Shown piece after piece: positions 56,408 to 64,000 of a stretch of 64,000 bases of DNA. A program made the position numbers and the translations under genes. Every line of letters begins with the position of its first letter. Position 1 is the stretch's first letter. Below the pieces are notes generated by a model. The model was given only the letters and a program-made list of their open reading frames with translations, was not told the DNA's origin and searched no databases. The DNA lies in the NCBI GenBank assembly GCA_051362555.1, contig CM120640.1:42448788-42512787 (forward strand). The letters are read 5' to 3'. The DNA comes from Lingula anatina (taxonomy: Eukaryota; Animalia; Brachiopoda).

Positions 56408-59400
56408 GTGAGTATAATGATCAATCACTAAACTCAAATGCTGTCAGAATACAAGGACACACATTTAATGTGAAAAATTGAAGATATTTTGGCATTTTCC
56501 TCCTGTGCTCGGCCATTTGGCTAAAAATAGAACAAGACGAGACTCTTTAGTATTAGCTAAATTATGTTTACGGAGTAAACTTTTTTGTGCTTTAATGTGT
56601 CCCAAAGAAAGTAATGTGGGCGAATTATATGTGTTTTTTAAGCCTGTTTTTTTCGAAGATTTCATAAAATTTGACGTTTTACGTTACCAAGTCATTCCTC
56701 CTTTTCTCTTCTCTCATTCTCAAGTGAATTCATTGAAATGGCAACTTTTTTATTATACATTGAATAAATTTCTGCTTCTCCAGATTACTTGTTGCCTAAA
56801 AATGAATACTAGCCATAAATGATGCTTTTTTATCCTCCACATTTAAATTTCACAACTTTAAAAAAAAATCTAAGATATGTGTTTGCTTTATATATGAATG
56901 TACTTTTAAAGAAGTTTTCAAAACCATTATATATGAAATAAATATATCTTTAAAAGTTGCATGTGTTAATTGTTATTTTTTCAATGACATTATCTATTTT
57001 TTTACATGAGCATGCCTGTAAGCAGTATTTTTCTCTTTGGGAAACTGCTTCAGGCTCTTAGCCAGCGATTTCAAGGGGGGTTCATAAAAAGTGGAACTTT
57101 TACCATCAAACTGTTATGTACCTAGATGAAGTTTTACTCAACAATTCTTTTTCTGGCAGAAAGGGGGTGGGGGGTAAGTTAGAATCCCTGACTCTCCCAA
57201 CCCCCCCATCCTACCCCAGCTATGTGTATGTTCTCTCCCCTTCTTGCAAAAAAAAAAAATAATAATAATTGCCCAAAATAAAGTTTTACTCAAATTTACT
57301 TGCCCCCCCCCCCCCCAAAAAAAAAAAGAAAATTTTGTGCTGTTTTTAGTCATATTTCATCAGTTATTATTATTATTGAAAATTATAATTTAATGTTATT
57401 CAGGTGAGGAAAAAGCCGCATCTCTGCCTACAGCTCTGCCAGTGCATCTATCTTTTGTGTTGTTATGCTACTCACAAACTGTTTTTGTCACGTTTTATTC
57501 TAATACTTCATCATGTCAAATTACCTTCTTACGTCAAGTAAAGCTTGTTTACCAAGGTGATGTGAGGTTTATTATCACCTATTTAAAAGCAGTGCATAAG
57601 CATAAGAACTAAGAATCTTATGTAACAAAGATGTGTCAGTCTATTTTCATGCACCATTTTGTCAAGAGGAAAGATGAATAGTATACATTTTACTCAGATT
57701 TATGGTTATGAGAAGAATTGATATATTAAAATGCTACTGTTGGTCTAAAATAAAAATTTTAATGTTGTTTGAATTGGGATATAACTCGAATGAGGGTGGT
57801 TAAAGCTGTCTTGCGTATTTGTATTTTGTAAACATATTAAGAAATGGACACCAGTATTATGTAAGTTTTGAAAACAATGGATATCCTTTTGACCAAGGTT
57901 GGGAAAAGAATCATTATTTTTATTTATTTATTATTTTTTTGTATAAATTGTAATTTTTCAGAATTTGTTTATGTGAACTCATATTGTGCAGAACATAATT
58001 GTTTGTTTTATGCTTATAGTTATGTTTGGACACCTAAGAATGGCTCTCATGATCTCATAACGGAGAAAAATTATTTAATTTTAAATTAAAAATTTAAATT
58101 AAAAATTTAATTTTAAATAAAAAGTTTATTTGTGCAACCCCAATTTAACCAGTGATGATTTTGTTCACAACTTGAAATCTTCTCTCTCTCTCTTTTCATG
58201 GCAATATGCCTTCAAATAAATGACTATTTACTCAATTTTCCTGACATAAACCACCTTTGTTATATCAGAAATTTACTATTATTTGTTCATTATCCTCATT
58301 CTAATTCAGAACACATTCTAATGTAAATCTGAGTAATGCTGAAATTTTATCTTTTAGAAGGCTTGAGTCATGATAACATACATGTTGTTAAATGAATGCT
58401 AACATTACAGATGTGGTAATATTATTATGTGTTTTTAACATTAAAGACATAGTTTGCATTTCAGCCTTCTTGTTTATTATATCTTTAAGTTTCAGTACCA
58501 GATGTGTACATTGATGTCATTGATTGATTTGTGTAGGAAGCTTAGTGAAATATTTATGCTTAGGGCAATATATACTTCAACATGGGAGGAAATGTAAATA
58601 TGCACCTTCTGTCTTTGCCATGACATTTATTGATATTTTTTACATATTTAAATATGTCAATGACGCACACTAATGAAACAAAGGCTGATAATTACGACAA
58701 TGATATATGAACCCATTCTTTGTGTGTTTTTTCATAAGAGTTCAAAAGAGGTTATTAGGGGAAATTTTGATTTACTTCACTTCAGTTTAAGTGAATAGTA
58801 GTCTACTAAAATAGAGTAATTGTTGGCCTATGACATGAGCTGCAACTTTCTTGTTATAAAACCGCCATGGTATTATATTAATTGTGCTATTACTGATTTA
58901 TCTGGTGCAGTCAAAGTAGACTAAAAATTCGGACTAAAAGTTTGGACCAAGTTACAGACTAAAGTTTTGTGAAGCAGGCCCCAAGTGTCAGAATACCATC
59001 CTGTGACTGTCCAGGGCAGTCCTCCTGTAATAAGTCAGTCGCAATTGGATCAAGATGTTCCAGCTTATGAATATAATTATCAAGTGGATAGAGGTGCTGA
59101 CATTTGGGAGGAAGGTGATTATTGGATACTACATAGGGTTTTATTTTGTTTATGGACAAGATTTTTCTATTGAGTGGCATAGCATAAATGCCAAAGTATT
59201 AAGTCAAAAATGACAGTGGCATTGTCTTGCAGTTCTTTGAATTCTGATAAATATTTTTGAGAGAAGTTGGTTTTCTTTATCCATTTCTTATATTATCATG
59301 CTATAAATGCTTTGGCCTAAGGCACATGTCCATGCTTATAAAGCATGCATTTATTTATTTAACCGAACAACAATCTGTTTAGCCTATGGTGGTGATATGA

Positions 59401-62400
59401 TAATATGGAGAACTTCTCATCAGTATGTTCCTTTTGTATCGTCATCAGTTGGTTAATTTATACTACTAACACTACTGGGTTGGCCATAGTTGAACTTATT
59501 ATAGGTCTCTTTAATGATATCTTTTTTATGTGTTGACAATCTGAATGGCATTGGTTGCTGTCCTTGGTAACCCCTATTTATAGATTTGTCTACTTGCAGT
59601 GGAATAATGTAACGAGCATGGTTTTAAGATTGTAGTAATTCCAGAGCCCAGCTTTGAAATGAAGCTTGAGAGACCATATGAAAAAAACCCTTTGTCTTCT
59701 CTCTTTTTTTTTTTTTTTTTTTTTGGTTGATTTCCTAAATATATAATTATAGCTATATGTGGAAGATTCCATCCATCTGGTGAACTATTAATGATGTTGA
59801 CCCATCTGTATTTCTATTAACCATCCATCTATCCAAACTCTTTGCCATCTGGCCTTACATCTCTTTCACATTGGGTGAATAGTATCTTTCAGATGATCCT
59901 AAATGTCGTACACATATAAGCAATTTTTATTTTTATTTTTTTTACAGGGTATACTGTTTATTTTCTGTTTGGGTGATTGTTATTGTGATGCATGGTTGCT
60001 CAGATATACAAGTTGGTAGAAGTTGGTAGATACTTTGATAAAAAATCTCTGTTACATTTTTTTATGAATGGTCATATAGGATGCAGAGTATTGTGAAGGG
60101 CTATAAAGACACTCCCCCACAAACTCTTTAACTTTAGGATTGGTATCAATTTTTGTAGTTTTGCACACCTACATAGGTATTTATAATTTGGCTTAACTGC
60201 CATCTTTTATTGTGCCCCCGACATCTCTCATTTCAAATCGTGTTCATGCAGTCATCATCCATACGGATATCAGTCTAATGGGGGTGTACATTTGAGGCTG
60301 TTGAGTGAAAAAAGCTTTGAATTTAGTTATGGTTTTCCTTTGTGTGTTATTTGATCCTGTAACTTTTCAAATATCTATGAACACATAAAGCTCTATTTAA
60401 TTGTTCGATATTATTATAATTATTATTGTTTTTATTATTTATTTATTTATATAGATATATCACAAAGTTTAGTCAGGGGAATATGTATGCCTGTATCCTA
60501 TATAAACTTTCTTGTCACCTGCAAGTTCTTAGTTTACAATTAATAAATGTGTTTCAGAAGTTATGATTATGTATTTATTAGACATTTTGAAACAAATTAT
60601 GAAATGCCTGTCGGATAGTTTTAATGATATGCCTGGCAACAGGTTTTAGCGAATATTACAGGCAACTAAAAGTGAACGTCTTAGACTATTTTTCACACTT
60701 TGAAATTTTATGACCAAGCAGGCAAAACAAATTCGCGAGTTTCTCGACTATTTATAGAAAAAGGAGTGTGTGTGCACAGTTGCAACCCACACAAATATGT
60801 TATTGTACAGTGCCTTTGAAGTTTCAGTAGAATCTGAGACATGAAGGCCCAGGTAGCTTTCAAATCATGCAGAGGTGAAATAGTTTGAATGCTCTTTAGT
60901 TTGACAGAATCATGGCTCATTGACAGTACTCCATGTGGATTTGTCCACCATTTGTTCCAACAATGGATCAGTGGAGGAAAGCAAATATTCCGTATTGTTG
61001 AATATATGTCACCAGAATTAAACTTGTAAGGTTGAGCATTGAAACCAGCACAGTTGGCTGTTTTGTTTTCATGCCAATAGTGAATTGGAGGTAAGCTTTA
61101 TCGGGCAACTGAGAAGATCGATGCATAGATTTAAAAGGCTGGTGGTACCGCAAGTGCACACTTATTCACACAGCCTCTGAAGCTTATCGGTAATGTTGGG
61201 TAAGATTTTTTTTTTTCATTACACCACTTATCCTTTTGTGTTAGATAACAATTTCAAACCATCTTAGAAGAATTTGACATTTTCAGTTATAGCAAGCTCT
61301 TGTCCTATGAATTCTCTCAACATTGTATTTAATGTTTTTTGGTATCATATTACATCCCCAACATTGTTATTCACATTGAAGCTTAACTTACAATTATGTA
61401 GGAAAAAACAATTGAAAAGCATAGTAGTGTTAGAGATTACATATAATAACATATCTATTTTACACATTTACCATTGCTTCCTTTTTCTCTTTTGTTTATT
61501 TTTTTCCTAACAAATTGTGCCCAGGCTAAACCCTATTAGTTGCTAGCTTTGTACCTGCTGAAGAGGATTTATGGAAGGGAAAATGCTCATTATGAACTGA
61601 CCTTTCTAATAAGAAATTGGAGACAGGGGAAATTACTGGTTTCAAAGTAATGATGTCCAGACAATGAAACATTAATGGCAGGATTGATGGTCTTGTGTCA
61701 GGTTTCTGGATAGAAAGGATGTGTTTGTTGATCAGTGATAGATCGGTCACAGAAATCTGAGGATTAACATGTCCATCGGGTAACATTTGAATAGATTAAA
61801 CTGAATCGAATGTCCTCTTTTGTAACATCACTCTATCATGAAAAACAAAAATGAGTTTTTCCGTTAGCGCTTTAAACTCTTGCCATAATGATGTAGTGTA
61901 TTGAAGCAGGTGATATATGATGTCAGTATTGATCAATCTTACATGTATAGGTATAAATTTTTGGCAAAATCCAGAATTTTACTTAAATCTTCACTTTATG
62001 GGTTTTTTAATTTTCAGACATTCCTCTCCCCCCCCCCCCCCAAAGTCTAGTCTCTTGAACAATCTTCGCTTTAAGAGAAAAATAACAGAAGCAGTAAATA
62101 GTATGCCTTTTACATAATGAAAAAAACGATGGTTCAAAGATGCAGATATTTTTTGTTATTGAATATTATATAAGATTGTATTTATATCAGAAGAACCTTT
62201 ATTGAACTGAATGGAGTTCCTTGCATAATGGATGTCACTTCACATAAATTGCCACAGATACCCAAAATGTAGTAGTTATCTGCAGCAGCATATGTGTAGT
62301 AGGGTTTTGACTGTGCTGTACAGATTCATTATTTCAAGCACAACCTGTTAACATTCCAGAATTATGTTTAGGTGTGGATTGGATTTTCAGTTTTAAGCAT

Positions 62401-63052
62401 TTTGTTCTCATTGATGTTTATCACTATTTATAATCAATAGATAATGATGAATTTAAATTATGTGTTAGAAAGAGGTATAGTGATCTGAAAATCAATTATT
62501 GGTTGTCCCAGCAGGAAGAGACATCTATTACTTTTCATTTGTTCAAATTGACCAATTATTTAAAATCCTACTTTGTACCACTTAAAATTCAATAAGTTAA
62601 ATATAATTGTCAACTTTTATATAAATCCTGTTCTTAACTTGGTAATTTAAAATGCCTGTCCCTTAAACTACTGTATGCCTACTTCTGAAGAAAAGTTTTC
62701 AATTGTTTAGTGTCTGGTGTGCCAGATATTTGGTGTTCTAAGTGCAGTTTGAGCAATGTTATGTAAGTGTTGTATAACTTCGACTGCTGGCTGGGAGGCT
62801 GGGAGGCCACATTAACTGAATTTGGCCCATTAGTACAGAGGATGTCATATTCCATTACTAGTGCTAATAAGAAGGCACCCTGGTGCCACTGAGTGCAGAT
62901 TCCGGAAGGTTGTGTGAAGTAAATATTAATATACTGTTGTATAATAGTGAGAGTTTCTGAATTATTTTCAGAAGAAGAGGACTTTTTTTTGGGAAATCAT
63001 TGAAAATTAATATGATACTTCGCAACATTTGGCCACTGAATTATATTATCCA

Positions 63053-63506
63053 TTTTTATGTACAGACACAGATGTGTCTGTACATATAGCCATCATCCGC
63101 GTCTGTCGAAGCCGTCGTCGCCGTCTTTGCCGTGCACTTAGCGATAACACGATAAGTGGAATACCGTTTTACATTTTGTATTCAAATTTACAGAACTGAT
63201 GAATATTCATAATACGCAGGTCAAGTTAAAAAATCAGCATGATCGGGCGATTTTTAGGGAAGTTATGCTGTTTTTTCACTTTTTTAGCATTAATATAACA
63301 CAGATAACATGATAAGTGAAAAACCTTTTTACTTTTTGGCTTGAAACTTATAAAACTGATGAATATTCATAATATGCAGGTCAAATTCGAAAATCAGAGC
63401 TATCAGGTCAATTTTATGGAAGTTATGCTGTTTTTTCACTTTTTTCAGCATATATGCAGCACCGATAACACGATAAGTGGAAAACCATTTTACTTTTTGG
63501 CTTGTT
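63053..63506 (+). mobile_element. Second, truncated copy of the family B Helentron/pearl-like element
   Basis: TTTTTATGTACAGACAC-AGAT-GTGTCTGTACATA (63053-63086), a GCCGTC/GTC tract, then about 2.3 copies of the 160-bp core (anchors 63143, 63303, 63464), ending CTTGTT. It is the reverse complement of about 7455-7904. Confidence 0.88.
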
Positions 63507-64000
63507 GTTCTCGTAAGATTTGACTTGACATTTTTGAAAATTTTATTTATTTATTATTTATTTATTTATTTATTTATTACTATTTTTCTTTTTTTGGGGG
63601 GGGGGGGCAATGCTTTACCAGTAGAGAAAATTTTTAAAAATATTTGGGAGGAAACCAAATGACATAATCTATGTAACTGATTTTCTGCCCCACCCTGTAT
63701 TTTTCTGTCATGATGCAAATCTTTGTAATGAAAGGTGTATGTATGTTTAGGATAAGTTGTCCCAACTGTTATCCCTCTGTTCTCCAAAGTGTGTCACTTA
63801 ATTGATATCTTGGTGATGGATGTGTGAGTAGGAGGAAGAAAATGGAATTACATCTGCTGATGAACTTGACCTAACCTCCCAACAGACAGAGAAGGCTTGT
63901 TCCAATAAAGAACTACCTGTGTTTTATGTCAACGCGCCCTAAAATGGGTTTCCTGTTGCCTGATCATATGTTATGCAGGTGCTGTCATTATGATATTCCT

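Noticed and set aside
58978-59114. Possible plus-strand exon (PQVSEYHPVTVQGSPP...IWEE)
   Set aside because: Weak splice signals, phase incompatible with the 56407 donor, and no recognisable homology.
60708-61100. Open frame of about 130 codons on the minus strand
   Set aside because: No recognisable domain, no good splice boundaries, and it runs against the local strand skew.

Overview
AT-rich, intron-rich animal genomic DNA. It is probably a marine invertebrate, plausibly a spiralian (inferred from intron style, repeat types and mosaic CpG depletion). Five protein-coding genes were reconstructed by hand from splice signals: (1) a GPAT3/GPAT4-family glycerol-3-phosphate acyltransferase (minus strand, 14 exons, 3' end beyond the window); (2) head-to-head with it, ATP synthase subunit e (ATP5ME, plus strand, 4 exons, extended to 109 aa); (3) a convergent ankyrin-repeat/SOCS-box protein with a single coding exon and an N-myristoylation-type start; (4) a complete 37-exon DNAAF9 (C20orf194/Shulin) gene on the minus strand whose last intron is U12-type; (5) an intronless, motif-degenerate class A GPCR nested antisense in the 14.5-kb intron 13 of DNAAF9. 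A probable first exon of a sixth gene lies near 56.4 kb. Mobile DNA includes two Helentron-type non-autonomous (HINE/DINE-1/pearl-like) families, a TTAA-flanked MITE nested in one of them, small hairpin MITEs and a 39-bp RTE-type 3' end with a target-site duplication. The best candidates for something new are an in-frame U2/U12 twintron-like choice at the last DNAAF9 intron, the atypical nested GPCR, the putatively myristoylated ASB protein and overlapping ATP5ME/ASB 3' ends. I found no evidence of a novel multi-gene system. Family assignments come from recalled motifs, not database searches.
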